Assembly (NCBI GenBank): GCA_964016885.1
Contig: OZ024743.1
Span: forward strand, 126,108,001 to 126,172,000
Reading direction: 5' to 3'
DNA from: Eledone cirrhosa
Taxonomy: Eukaryota
DNA length: 64,000 nt
Position numbers and translations under genes: made by a program. Every line of letters begins with the position of its first letter. The first letter of the stretch is position 1. The notes below the pieces were generated by a model. That model did not search any database. It was given only the letters and a program-made list of their open reading frames with translations, and was not told the origin of the DNA. Of this stretch, positions 26,824 to 41,163 are shown piece by piece.

Positions 26824-28865
26824 GTCAGTTTGCTTACCAATCTTTAAACATTGGGCGCCACTTTAATTATTCAAAATTGAAAGACGATTCAATCAAACTA
26901 ACATCGCCAGTGAAAGAGGCAGCACAATCATCTATCAAGTCAATCCCATTACCATCTTCTCCAAATTCTAAATCAAAAGTGTCCCATCATCTTCGAAAAC
27001 AAGCTGTAACAGACGAGAAACCTTTAATTGACCTGGAAAATGAATGTGAATCTTTAAAAACCCCACTTCCTTGCCGAGTGTCTCAAGACTCTTTATCTCT
27101 CTTTGATTCATTATTAACTCGGGATAACAACAGTGACTCTGTAGAGGGCCACTTGCCCAGAGCACTGTTAGATGTTAATAAATCAACAGATCCATTTGAA
27201 CTGGATTCTAATCTGAAAAAATATGTCAAAAGTAGCTCACTCACATCACAAGGATTTTCAAATTTTAACTTTGACTCCCATGAAGATTTATCTCCGGCTT
27301 TAGTTTCCTCTCCTCCTCCTTCTACCTCTACAAATCTAAATACTGTGAATAACAAACCCAAAATTCCAAATCAAGCTCCATGTTTTTCTAACATCCAATC
27401 AAAAAATTCCACCAGACAAGCATCCTTCATTCCTTCTTCTAGTTCATTATACTATTCTATGCCACCGTGTGAAGAGCAAATGAACCATGTATCCCCGAAA
27501 AAGTTAGGATCCAGCCTTCAAGATGGTCAACCGTTATCGGCGTATCATGCAGTGTCAGCTGGAGAACCTTGCAATACCTCTTTGTATGGAAACGTTAGTC
27601 CCACTTCCCCCATGGGTAGTGAGAAATATGTAAAAAATAACAAAGCATTTGATTGGTTAAATGATGCACTTAGTGACCTAAATTTGAGTAGGTCAGATAA
27701 AAATGATAAAATTCTTCAGAGTTCAGGTGCACTGCCATTATATGATGAAGTGCCACAGGAACAACCTCCACCTCCTCCTGTCATTAATAAACTTGCTGCC
27801 AGTTCCCATGGTAACCCATTCCCATTATATGATGAAGTCCCCAGAGAAGAAGTGAAGAAAGAGACCTCTAGTTCAATTTATGGCAATTGTGCTCCAATCA
27901 ACAGTGAAAGGTTTGAAGCTGTACAGAAGCTAGACATGGCCCAGTCTATGGAGGAGGAAAATAACTGGTCATCAGATTCATTTGATTCTTTTGATTCTGA
28001 TGAGGAGTTTGAAAATGAAATACCTAGAGTTGAACCACCACCCCCTCTACCCCGTCGAGATTATGATAATGATAGAGGGAATGGTGGTCATAGATCTTTA
28101 GGTTGTGAACATAATCAACACACTGTAAGCCTTCCTCAGAAGCCTTGCATTTATCCTGTGAAGCAGGATGGTAAACAACTGAGCCACACACACTATTTTC
28201 TAATCCCCCCACGACAGAGTGAAACAAAGCCCACGCAATGTAATACTGCTGAAGTCAAACCATTTGCTGTTGGTGGTCTTCAAGTTGACTCATTGTCTTC
28301 CTATGACAAAGAAGACCCCACTTTACAATACCAAAACATCACAGCTTCAAGCACAGCCACCTGCTCCACATTAACTGTGTCTTCATCTAAGCAACGTGGA
28401 GCATCATGTTCATCTACAATGTCTAGCCCATCCTCATATGTTACTCTTGAGCAAAAATCAATGTCTGTCCCAAGCTACCTTCCAAAATTAAAACAGTACA
28501 ATAATACAAAACAACAGCCTCATACTAAAGTCAGCTCAATACAAAAACATTCCTCTTCTCTCCACCAATCTTCCTCTCCCAAACAAACTTTTGAAATGTC
28601 TTCTCCTCAGGAGAAAGTATACCAAGTTCAAAGTAAAGTATTGGGGGTCACTGACGAGGAATGTCATGCAGCACTCTGTAAATGCCAGTGGGATATTGAC
28701 GGTGCCATTCGGTATCTAAAAGTAGAACAACTTTTCCGATTGGGTCTCACGTCACGTGAACAGTGTGAGAGCCTGTTAAAGAGTATGCAATGGGATCTTG
28801 AAAAAGCAAGCTCTTTACTTTGGGTAGGATATAAACATAAAATTCAGTGTGAGTCGAATGTATAA
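26824..28865 (+). CDS. TNK2: ACK terminal coding exon: Pro/Ser-rich tail, clathrin box, MIG6-homology region, UBA
   Basis: ccacag acceptor, phase 1, open to TAA at 28863-28865; LIDL clathrin-box-like motif, two PLYDEVP motifs, KPCIYPVKQDGKQLSHTHYFLIPPR (MIG6 homology), C-terminal UBA EECHAAL...LKVEQLFRLGL. Confidence 0.93.
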
Positions 28866-29350
28866 GCTGTGTTTTAGGTTATGAAAGGAATGGAAATCTA
28901 CTTGAGCTCGTACATCTCTTCACCATGGAAGTTTTTTTCGTTCTCTTCCTTGGCCTGACAGAAACTCAGGCAGTGAAAAATGTGTATTTTTTTTCCCATG
29001 TGTATCTACATGCACATGCACATATTTTGCATACATAAATATATAAACATATGCATACATATATGTTTGATACTGAGTATCTGAAACATGAGTTAATACA
29101 AGTACTTGTATGAATTAATATACGCATTGAAGCATGCATTTTTATGTGCATCTCATTTGCTATGTTAATGAAATAACACATTGTGAGCAAGGAAGACAGA
29201 TTTTGGAAACCTCTAACTTATTCATTTGTCTTTGAAAGAATAACTCTCCTATTTTTGGAAAGAATTTAGTATCCTATTTGGAATATCTTTACCATAATGA
29301 TTTGATGCCCTTCATAATTGTAGGATGTGAAAGTAGAGATTGTGGATTTG

Positions 29351-29356
29351 AATAAA
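29351..29356 (+). promoter_or_regulatory. Candidate poly(A) signal of ACK 3' UTR (alternative at 29984-29989)
   Basis: AATAAA about 490 nt after the stop, followed by GT-rich sequence; AATAAA is common in AT-rich DNA. Confidence 0.3.
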
Positions 29357-30029
29357 AGGCATCAGTTTGGTGTTTCTGCATCACTTCACTCTCATCTCTA
29401 TGATTTGGTGTCAGAATAATGAGTAAATTTGCAAACTGGGAATCAAACCATATTTCTTTGTTTCATAGTCCACATATTACTATTTAGCTTACATAGCCGT
29501 CCCTTTGATAAACATCATCTTTTTTTTCCTGCAGTCTGTTTTCTAATGTATACACACATACACACACACACATCACCACAAACACAAACATCAGTGCAGT
29601 TCTATGCTTTTTTTCTATTAGAATTGTTTAGAATAGGATACTGAGTTGTGCAGTATCAGAGCCTGGTCTAAATCATGGCTTCTTGATATAGTGTGTTCAC
29701 AAGCAGTATTTTGTACTTAATGTTTTGCCAAATAGAAATGTAATGCAATGCACAGAAACCCAGATGACATTACCCATAAGCGTTTATTTCTAGAGTGGTC
29801 TTGATCATGAAGAACATTGTGGAATCAAATGTTTATTATAAGTCATTAAACTTTCTAGTGTAAACAAGGATATTTGAAGAATATTGTGAGTGGACATTAA
29901 GGGGCTGCTTGCAAATGGGGGACTGTAACTGTAGCATGGTTAAGGTGATAACTAGAAATTTATCGCAGAAATATTAGAAAACTAATAAACAATGTGTCAA
30001 AGCTAGAACTATTATAGTGAAAGCAACAT

Positions 30030-30120
30030 TGAGATATATGTGTGTGTGTCTATATATATATATGTATGTATGTGTGTGTGTGTATAATAATATATATATA
30101 TATATACACACATACACATA

Positions 30121-30165
<45 letters not shown>

Positions 30166-30218
30166 GATGATGATATATATCTATATACATATATATACAC
30201 ATATATATACATATATAT

Positions 30219-30261
<43 letters not shown>

Positions 30262-30297
30262 TATATATATATACACACATATATATATAGGTATATA
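30030..30297. repeat. Compound (TA)n/(CA)n/(TG)n microsatellite
   Basis: Direct reading. Confidence 0.95.
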
Positions 30298-30915
30298 TTG
30301 GCACAGCAAAACGCATTAATTTGCAGTTAGTTTTTTGTCATACACACACAATACACACTCATTATTGACACATCTGAGTGTGTGCCTGCTTCAATGTGAG
30401 TATGTGTGCGTTTAATTTATTTATCTTTATAAGAATCTCACTCTATCCCCACTCTGTTATAAAAAGAAATAAATTTAAAAAAAAACACATGCAGAAGGTA
30501 GAAATGTAAATTTCTGGAAAACTCATCACAGAAGACTATAACTTAGGAATAGTCTGAGGTGTGAAGTGTCCAATCACATCTCTCTTTCTTTTCCCTAACC
30601 CCACCACCAGCCAGCCAGCGAGCCAGCCAGCCAATCATAGTTCCAGCTGGAAAGGAAGGTGTCTGAACTGAGTTGTACTATAATAACAAGAAGAAATGAT
30701 AAGTAATAATAATAATGATAATAATAATAACAACAATAATAACAGCAACAATAAAATTGTATGTAGCAAAAAAGATTTTCTTTTCTATATTTGGAGTGAG
30801 TTAAATGTTGATTATATAATTTTGTACAAAAGTTGCTTATGATGTATTTAGATTATAAATGTTTATCTTTTTTGTTTCTTTTTATTTACTTTTTGTAAAA
30901 TTATGAGAAAATGAC

Positions 30916-31280
30916 TTAACCCTTTCATTACCATTTCTAATGAAAGACACCACCTGTAGTTGTGAAATAGTTTTGAAAATAATCAAGAATTTGAAGGGGT
31001 TTAGTAAAATAATTAACTTTCTCCTTATTAATGCTTTTGTTACCATATTTATAATGAAAGCGACAGCCTATAATTGTGAGAATAATCAGGAATTTGGAGG
31101 AATTTAGTAATATAAGTAACTTTTCCATTATTAAACTGGTGTTTGGAGCATCACTTAACAAAGGTCCTTACATAAATTTATGATGGATGGTTTTTAGATA
31201 GATACAAACACTTTAAAATAGACAGTTTTGTATTAGAGAACTAGGGTGGCTTCATGTGGTTTGGTATCAAAAGGATTAAA
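30916..31280 (+). mobile_element. Older TTAA-flanked MITE family; related pieces near 1435, 3255, 10310-10815, 11060, 13600, 34740, 44450
   Basis: ttaaccctttcattaccat...ggtatcaaaaggattaa termini shared among dispersed copies. Confidence 0.65.
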
Positions 31281-31399
31281 TAGGTCTTTGGTTGTAAAGT
31301 CAATTGGAAAAATGTCTATATGTTAAGTTTTCATCTCATTTAAAAAAATATTGTTTTCCCATGTTTACCAACATGAGAAAATTATTTTTTTTTAAAGAA

Positions 31400-34030
31400 A
31401 AATTCTATAGCTGGATGCCAAGCCTCACATGATTTTTAAGTGAGGGACTTCTGTGTATGCAGGACATAAACAAACATCACTCTCTCTGCTATTGATGTTA
31501 AGTGTGAAGACACAGTGATGAACATACATACACACTCACATATCATAATTATCATCATTGATCTTACATCTATTTTTCCATACTCATATGGGTTAGATGA
31601 CTCCTCCAGTACATCATCTCTCCACTTATTATTTTCCTTTGTTATCTTTTGTGAGTTCAGTATCCTGAGATCAGCTTTCACCATGTCTGCCCAGATCTTT
31701 CTTGTTCTTTCTTTTCCATGGCTTCCTTCTACTTGGAATTTCTTGCACTTCTTTATCCAACAATTTTTACACATATGTCCATATCAACATAACCCTCTTT
31801 CCTGCACACCACATATGGTTCCTTTAATAGCTATTTTTTCTCTCAACATATCTGTGCTTTGTTGTTCTTGCACTCCAACATTCTACATACAACAGAGTAT
31901 CATCATCATCGTCATCAACGTTTAACGTCCGTGTTCCACGCTTGCATGGGTTTGGACGGGGGTTTTCCCACTTGAGGCAAGAATGATTGTCTTGCTCGCA
32001 TAGGACTGTCTGGCAGGTTTTCTACAGTTGGATGCCCTTCCTAACACCGATTAATTTCTTTCTTACCTTCACATAATCCCTGTTATCAATGCTCATGTCT
32101 CACATTGTACCACATACCCAAGTGTCATACAATTTACCCTTTGCTCAGAGAGTGAATTTCTTGGTTGCCAACAGGAATTGTAATTCCTTGAACTGTTTCA
32201 ACACTGTTCCTATTCTAGCTGCTATCCTTTCAGAGCACCTTCCCCCAATGCTAAGTAGGTCACCTAGGTAACAGAAGCTATCAACTACTTTGATGGAATC
32301 TTCCTTGGACTGGTAAAAAACTAATTTCTCTTATGCTCTTACTACCAACTATCCCCATGCATCTGCCATATACAAAGTCTACCTTTTTTGTTAACCTATC
32401 TACAATACCACTACATCTCTTGTATTCCCATATTTTACATTGAGTACACCATATAGAATGCCTACCTGCTCTTTTTCTCCATATCAAGCACAACCATTTA
32501 CCTGACAGCAATAAGGTCTTGAATTCTTTCCTACTTTTCAAAACTTTACTCATTGCTAATTTTACTCTGAGTTCTTTTGGTTCTAAATCTTGTTTCCACA
32601 TTTGGAATTTCTGCTCTAGATCTTTCAGAGATTCAATTATAAAAAAACTAGTTCATCAGCTTACAAGAGTTTAAGGGCTAAGCCTTGATGCACACCTATT
32701 TGCACATGAAATACTTCACTGAACTCATTGTCAACTCTCATTTTATTGATGGTGTCTCTGTGCATGACTTGCACTGCTTTTACAAGCCATTCATCTAAAA
32801 TGAGATTTCTTAAAGACTACTAGAATAAAAAGCATGGTGCTCTTCAAAGGCTTTCTTTAAATCAATGAGTGCTAGATATAGCGGCATTCATTTAGAAAAT
32901 TATTTTGCAGCTGTCTGACCAAGAATAAGGCCTCTCGTCGTCATCACTATTATCTTTGCTTGCATGGATACTTAATTAATTAGACATCAAAACTAATTCT
33001 CTTCCTAATCAGTTGTGCTAAAACCCTTTCTTTTACTTTCATAACTTGGTCCATCAGTTTCATACCTCTTGTGCATCACCTTTGTCCTTGTAGCAGTTAA
33101 TGATGATACTCAAGGACAGATTTAATGGAGCAAAGGGGGCAATTGTCCCAGCCTCTCCGCAGTAGAGGGCCCCACCAATGATGGCCATAGCAATTTATTT
33201 GTGCCCTCTGTTGGGTTTTTTAGTTTTATCCCTTTGACAACGAGAACTATATTTTTAACAAAAAGTATTTAATATCCTTACTGTGGCAAAATTCATCAAA
33301 GTTTCTCAACTTTAGAGATATCGGGTTGTTACCAGAACAATATTCTGATAAAAAGTATTTGATGTTGCTGTGTAAATTGGTTGTGCTAGTATTGCAAAAA
33401 ACAATGCATCCAGTAAGCACTCTAAAGTGATTGTTAGGAAGGGCATCTAGCCATAGAAACCATTCTAAATATGTAATGAATGTGCAAGATGAGGTTCTCC
33501 AATATGTCTGATCTTGGACTGTGATAACCTGTCCAACACATAGCAGTGTGGAAAGTGGAGATAAAATGAAGATGGTTAGATTTTTTTAAATTTAATTTAA
33601 TACTTGTATGTAAAACTTCTCAATTCCAATTACTTGCGCCAGCCAACTTTGATATGTAAAATTGGGGGTTAAGTGCGTATTCTAAACCCCCCCCCCCCTA
33701 AAAAAAAAATTGAAGTGTTCCAGGTTCCCTAAGGTCTAAATCTGACTCTGATGATGCTGCTATGTCATTCATTGGATATAATAAACTGGTTGACCACGTG
33801 AGTGACTAGTTCAAGCCCTACATTGCTGGATATTTTCAGCATCTCTGCAACTAAACCCAAGAGACTGAGTAGGTTTTTCTTTCTTTATATCCTTAATGGT
33901 TTCTTTAACAACACTACTGGGAGTAATTCCACTTTCTCTAACATATTCTTCACATTCAGCAACCTCTTGTAATAACATTTCCATACTTCTTTCTTCTGAG
34001 TAATAGCAAGTCTAAGTGCACTCCAACAAT
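31400..34030 (-). mobile_element. Old, heavily decayed RTE LINE with nested insertions
   Basis: Fragments align with the RTE at 6235-9225 (GKWLC, YKRCSG, KLMDQVMKV); many stops. Confidence 0.82.
33111..33750. mobile_element. Non-autonomous hAT-type element, 640 bp
   Basis: TIRs caaggacagattta / taaatctgactctg; 8-bp TSD atgatact / atgatgct; removing it restores the RTE sequence. Confidence 0.8.
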
Positions 34031-35505
34031 GATTGGTACTTTATTTCATTAACCTCATTAGGAGGAAAGGCAAAATTGGCCTTGGATGTATTTGAACTCA
34101 GAGCGCAGAAACCTGGAACAAATACCACTATATTTCCATGTGATAAGTCATTTTGTCCTATGCTCTAACGCCTCTGCCAATTTGCCCAATAAGTCACCTA
34201 CTGGCTTTACTGATGAGTTTTACTGGGTTTATTGTTGTATATGATTAACAAATATCATCATTATCATCAATGAAAACGGATGTTAAATAAGGATGATGAT
34301 AGTTAATTTGTTAATCATATACAACATTAAACCCAGTAAACCTCATCAGTAAATCCAGTCTCTTGTGAGTTACTTATGACATTACACTAATTTTAATGTT
34401 AAGGACTGGGTAGACAAGAAAGGCCTGTTTTAGGATGTTTGCTTAAACAATCTACAAGTAGAACCACTTTGTGCAAAAATAATTCCTTACCTGTTTTTTT
34501 TTTATTATTATTTTGTTGACTTTCACACACATATTCACTGTCATTTGCATCTATCTTCTCACACACTCGTAAGCATCAGCATTAATAAGTGTATGTATTT
34601 GTTGCCCTCCCCTCCTCCTCTCTCTCTGTACACACACACACACACATATATATATATCATACACACACATAGTCATCACTATTTAGTCTGTCTTCCACAT
34701 AACACAACACAAAAATCTACAAAACTATATCTGCTCCTTAACACTTTCATTGCTATATTTCCAAAAAAGACGCTGCTTATATTTTTCAATTAATTGTGAT
34801 AATTTATAGGGATTTAGTAAAATAAGTATTTTTTTCATATATCTGGAGCATTACTTAACAAAAAGTTCTTACACATAAAACTATGATGTAAGGTTTCAAT
34901 ATAAATATAAATACTTTATGAGCAGTTAAGTATCACAAAACTAGGGGTAGTTCAGGCAGGCATCAAAAGAGTTAACCTTTTTAATACTAACTCTGCCAAA
35001 ACCTGGTTCTATGAAACAAAACCACCTATTTTAACCCTTTAGTATTTACTGTTTCCTATTGTTTTTTCATGATAAAGATTTTTAACTCACTTAAATATCT
35101 CACATGATATCAAATCTACGAGAATTTGACATTATTTATTTTGAGAACAATACCTTAACTTAAGTATGAGCAGCCGGTTACAGCCAGTTTGAACAGAAAG
35201 GTGAGAAAATTCTAGCCAGATATGGCCGGTTTAAATGCTAAAAGGTACATATCTAAACTCTTTCAACATAATTTTATAAAAGAACTTCATTAATTAATCG
35301 AAATAGAATGTATTTCATTGAAATTACAGCCATGAAAAGGTTAATGTTATTCTGTTCCTGTTTACACTCTTCCCTTTCTCAGTAAGAAATCCTTTTCCAC
35401 ACCCAGTATTTGCCTCAACCACCACCACAATGTAAACCACAGAGATCTAAGGAAACTGATAGTAACAGCCTCACCTCTTTCTAGATCCCTTCTCCAATCT
35501 GGGAT

Positions 35506-35680
35506 CCAGTCTTTTACATCTTGAGTTACTCATAGAGTTTAGAAGCTTCCCTCATCCCTCTCTTCCAGTTTCTACATCTTTAGTTACTCATAGTAGAGTT
35601 AGTGACTTCATTCATCTCTCCTCTTCCAGTCTTTTATATCTTGAGTTACTCATGATAGTTAGTAGCTTCACTCATCCCTC
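35506..35680. repeat. Three tandem units of about 60 bp
   Basis: ccagtcttttacatcttgagttactcat... repeated three times. Confidence 0.85.
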
Positions 35681-36966
35681 TTTTTCTTTTTACACATACA
35701 ACCCTTTTTTATATTCAGTGAAACATTTTGTTTCAGAAACTTTTATATTTTTTAATGTCATTCTCACACACACATGCATGTATGTTCTCCTCTTCCTTAT
35801 AGTCCATTACAATCTATGACGTTCTTCTTCAGCCACTGATAGACATTACCGTTGGTGTAAAGTCCAACACAGAACACCTAGACTTGACTGCAGATGTTGC
35901 ACATTCACTGCACTGGTGGACCACATGGTCACCATTGCTAATGTATTTTAACTCCAGTGAATAATTCCAAACCTTACTCATCAGTTCTGCTTACAACAGA
36001 GTAGAGAGCATCATGGGCATATTTCAAATTGGTGCAGTGCAATATTGATGATCTCTTAATCAGGTCAGTTACTTCTCATGAGAGACAAGCTACTGGGGAT
36101 TGGGTATACTATCTACTGGTTGTAACTCCTGACAGAAGAATCTCTGCTTTTTCAGTGATAGGAGGTAGGATTTGAATTCAGAATGCACATAGCTGGAACA
36201 GATATCACAAAGTATTCCATCCAACTTTTAAACAATTCTGTCAAACCACTGCTCCTAAATTAGTACTTTATTTATCAACCCTGAAAAAATTAAAGGCGAA
36301 ATTGACCTCAGAACACACAGAGCTAGAATAAATACTAAGATGTTTAATCTAATGCTCTAACAACTCCGCCAATTTTACGCCTATCTTATATTCCTTCTAT
36401 TTCATTTCCATTCTTGCAGCTCCACTCTTTCCCTGCCTCTCTTATCATCAGCATTTCCATTATATATTTTGATAAATAACATACATCCAGTTTCTTCTTA
36501 ACAGTTTAACTCATAACATCCTGTAATAGTTTAGCAGAAAATATCTAAAAATGTGTTATTAACTCAAATTTTATAGTATCTTTCACAGATTGTTATGAAA
36601 CTGCAATATTAGACTAAACTTCAATTTTTAATGTGATACAGCCATGGTGCTGTTTTGTACTTTTCAAGAATTTCTTGCTAATGTGCTATTATGTGGACCA
36701 GGATGTTAAGAGTTAAATATTGTTTACTTTTTATTATCAATTTTCCCAAAATACTTCCTCACCACAGTGTATTGGGTCACACACCATTCCCTTATCTGTC
36801 TTTTCCTGGAACGCTGCCCTCTTAAATAATCTTCAAATCCGTTTTATAGCTATTCTGGTTTCCTGCCAGTTTCAACAAATTTCCACTTGTAACCCTGGAA
36901 ATTTGGCAACTTTCCCTTAAGTATTCCTATCTTTTACTTTCTTTCTGATTCAATTCCCATTAAATA

Positions 36967-37017
<51 letters not shown>

Positions 37018-37408
37018 ATGCGTGTGTGTGTGTTTAAATATAAACTTATTTTGCTAATCAGCCAACTCGAGTGAAAAATAAATATTATGAATGACATGCA
37101 TACAGATGCACCCTTTAATCTTGGTCTCTCTATCTCTCTCTCTCACATATATGTGTATATATATAAATATATTTGTTTTTGCCTCAAATGGGACAAACCC
37201 GTCGTACCCATGCTAGCATGGAAGATAGACATTAAACAATGATGATGATAATATAATGTATGTGTATATATATATATATATATACACACTTACCCATGCA
37301 TGCATACATACATAGGTTAATGATACTGGTGGTTTGTGATTAGGAAGGTCATTCAGTCATAGAAAACTTGCCAAATAATGGACTGATTGGACTCTTCAGT
37401 TATGTTAA

Positions 37409-37615
37409 CCCTTTAGCAGTTACATTACTCTTTATATACTATTGTTTTTCATAGTAAAGGATTTACCTCACATAATATCGAATCTATGAGATTTTAATGT
37501 TACTTATTTTGAGAAAAATACCTTAACATCAGTATGAGCGGTCGGTTATAGCTGGTTTGAACAGAAAGAGGTGAGAGAATTCTGGCTGGATATGGCTGGT
37601 TTAAATGCTAAAGGG
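37409..37615 (+). mobile_element. piggyBac-type MITE, 207 bp; copies at 35035-35245 (+) and 38712-38918 (-)
   Basis: TTAA|CCCTTTAGCA...TGCTAAAGGG|TTAA termini and TSD. Confidence 0.85.
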
Positions 37616-39841
37616 TTAAAGACATAATAACCCCCTGGTGCTGGTGGCACAAAACGCACCCAATAAACTCAAAAGCCTTAATGGGGTCCCACTCCATTTG
37701 TAGGATGTTGACTCCTTATTGAATTCATCCACCCATGTAAACATATTATTTTCTATCCCTTCCAGGGTGTTCATTCACCCTCCATATATCAGGGTAAAGT
37801 AATTCATGAATCATTTAATATGATATAAACGCTAACGAAAGTTGACATTTGAAAGTTTTAACAGAAGCGAATCTTGAAATAAGCAATACATTATATATAA
37901 GATTATTTATGTTTAATAAAAAGGTAAGAAATTTAGTAAATAAATTACATAATATTCATTCATGATTTATTCAAAGTAATCAAACTTATTTTAATAACTT
38001 TGTGTCCAATTTAATATTTTACATTGTCTTGCAATTCTCCAATCATTATATATAAGATTCCAGATGATTAATGTCATGAAATTTGAAAATGTAGTCACCA
38101 ATGCAGATAACTATAATAATGGTTGATAACCATAAATAATAGTTGAATAAAATCAGATAAAATACCACTGGAGACACATTAACAAATATATTTTTAAATT
38201 TCAAATTTCCCAATGTTACAGGAGTCAACCAAGCCTTGTTTACATATCTATGTTTTCATTGGTTTTATCTTTTTTATTTTATTGCTTAGTCAGGACAGAA
38301 GGTTAGTGCCTATGACCTTTCTAGAGGCCTCTAAGATTGGTGTGAATGAAGGGGAAAGTATCCTCAAATTAAAGACCTGGCCCAAATGGTGTGCAATAGA
38401 ATGAACTCAACTAAAGGCACTCATATTCAAGGACAAGGTTCTGGTGTTAAACTGGATGACAGATTAAGTGGTCTTGCATTGTCATCAGGTTTCTTATTCC
38501 TAGTCATGTACACAATCCCATAAAAGTTCATTCATTTCTCAACTAAATGTAATAAATATGTATGTACAATACAGTGTATATCAGGAAACCCAAGATAATT
38601 TAATGTAGATATATAAATAAGCCTCTCAGTAAAAATTTAAGCAAATGTCAATCTCTTCATACACAGAAAAACATTGCTAATTGGCTGCTATCAGAAGATA
38701 TGTACTCTTAACTCTTTAGCATTTAAACTGGCCATACCCGGCCAGAATTCTCTCACCTCTTTCTGTTCAAACCGCCATAACTGGCCGCTCATATTGATGT
38801 TAAGGTATTGTTCTCAAAATAAATAATAGCAAAATCTCATAGATTTGACATTATGTGAGGTAAAGCCTTTTCCATGAAAATATAGTAGTAAATATAAGGT
38901 AATGTAAATGCTAAAGGGTTAACCTTCTGTCAAATATTACTTATATTAAATGAAACTTGGATTGGCCAGTCTAATTTGCATAATGAGCATTCGATAAAAA
39001 GCACCCAGTCCGAGCTATAAATGTGGTTGGCATTAGAAATGGCATCCAGCCATATTAACCAAGCCAGAAACAATTCTGTATGAGCAAGAACATACTCAGC
39101 TGATCAGACTTGTTCCACAATGGGATAATCCATCTACCCCATGCTAGCATAGAAAATGGATATTAATATGTTGATGATGATATTCATACACATCACAGTG
39201 TACAATAGATTTTCTAATGGAGGTATAACTAGTTTATAAGCTTTGCTGTGAAAATTTAAATAAGTGAAAAACATTTTGCTATTTTCTTTTTGCACATAGA
39301 AAACATAATTATTAATAGGCTTAATGATTTTATTGCCTTTAATTTATAAACTGGGATGATGTACAAATCCAGGAATAAAATACACCATGGCAATTGAAAA
39401 TGAAAACTGTTTGAGATATAGTATAAATATTGGTTTATTGATTTCTAATATTGTCACAAGGCCATACACAGTTTGAGAGGATATGATATTGATATAAATA
39501 TTGTAAATATACTCCCTAAAAATAAGATTAATAGGCTGAAAGATAATTACTGTTGATCATCATTTAACATCCATTTCCGCTGCTAGCAAAGTTAGATATA
39601 TGTTGTAATTAGAATTCTTAGTGTTTGTATTGAATTTGTAGCAAATATAATTGTATTGAACTTGTAACACCCAGTTACCAACAAAGTGTTCTGGGAGTAT
39701 AGAATTTGTTTAGATACATGCAACAGTAAAGTAAGTACAAGCAGTTGAAGTTAACCTGGACCCAATGAGGTGCATTTTAATGTGAAGTTACTCAAGGGAA
39801 ACATGTGAAACATGAGGTCATGTGAAAATATGGTACATAAT

Positions 39842-40017
39842 TGTTTCTACTTTAGGCACAAGGCCAGCAATTACCCAGTACATTACTGGTACTTTATTTT
39901 ATCGACCCTGTAAGGATGAAAGGCAAAGTTAACCTCGGCGGGATTTGAACTCAGACTGTAAAGGGATGTAACTATGCTAGAAAGCATGGCGTCCAACCCT
40001 CTACCGATACTGCCAAT
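39842..40017 (-). mobile_element. tRNA-derived SINE, same young family as 5248
   Basis: TSD tatggtacataat at 39829-39841 and 40018-40030. Confidence 0.9.
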
Positions 40018-40969
40018 TATGGTACATAATATCATGGGAACAGATGGAGATTAATGAAAGTGATACTATCATCATAATGGTAATCATTGTTTACATCCAC
40101 TTTCCATGCTGGCATGGGTTGCAAGGGTTGTTACAGTCCAAGACCAGATGGGTTGGAACAATCTCATCTTGATCAAATGTTCTATATTTGTCATGGTTTC
40201 TACTACAGGATTCTATTCCTAACACCAACTACCTTACAAAATGTACTGTGTGTGTGTGTGTGTGTGTGTTTTTTGTGGCACCAGCACTATCACTTTAAAC
40301 AGTGGATTGGATACATTTTATCATTACACCAACATTAGAGAGGTTGTCACTTGATTGTCCAAACTAATAAGTCCCTGCAAACCCTACATTGTTTCTGTAG
40401 AATTGCCAAACAGTCTAGCCACCTTTCTCAGTGTTCCAGTGCTTGTATTGGGGGACAGGTCTTTTTTATTATGGTGATAATCCACAATACAAATCCTCAC
40501 AATCATCAACAATAGTTTTACATTTGTTTTTTCATTGTGGCATGCTTTAGGCAGAATTCTAAAACTGGATACCTTTCCTGATACCAACCCTTGCTTGTTT
40601 TTCTTGTTTTTCATTTTTATGGTTGGTGTTAGGAAGGGCATCCAGCTGTAGAAATCAAGCCAAAATCAGTTCCCATCCCACCCTTGCAAGCAGGGAAAAA
40701 GCGGACGTAAAATGAAATGATGATGATGATGATGGTATGCTGAGCTGCAGGGTTTATGTTTATCTTGAACATAAACAAATACCAGTACCAGTGATGTAAA
40801 TGAAACGAGAAGATATGCACACACACTTGAACATGTAGACACACACGGATATGCATATATATGATGGGCTTCATATGGTTTCCATCTACCAAATTCACTC
40901 ACATTCACAAATGTACAGTGCGATGGAACCTGAAACCATATAGTTGTAAACTAAACTTCTTAACCCCAC

Positions 40970-41163
40970 AGCCATACCAGTGCCTATAGCCATGTCTGTA
41001 GTTAGAGTTGTACCTGTACCTATAGCCATACCTGTACTTATAGCCATACCTGTACTTATAGCCATGTCTGTACCTATAGCCACACCTGTACCTATAGCCA
41101 TACCTGTGCCTATAGCTATACATGTACATGTATCCATATCTGTGCTTATAGCCATGCCTGTGC
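40970..41163. repeat. 18-bp minisatellite fused to the 5' end of a minus-strand SINE (about 40740-40990)
   Basis: About 11 units of atagccatRcctgtRcct. Confidence 0.9.

Noticed and set aside
35803-35964. Good acceptor followed by a 53-codon open frame
   Set aside because: No recognisable protein and no linked exons; lies beyond the ACK stop
40970-41163. CRISPR-like regular repeats
   Set aside because: Contiguous tandem units without unique spacers, eukaryotic context, no cas genes
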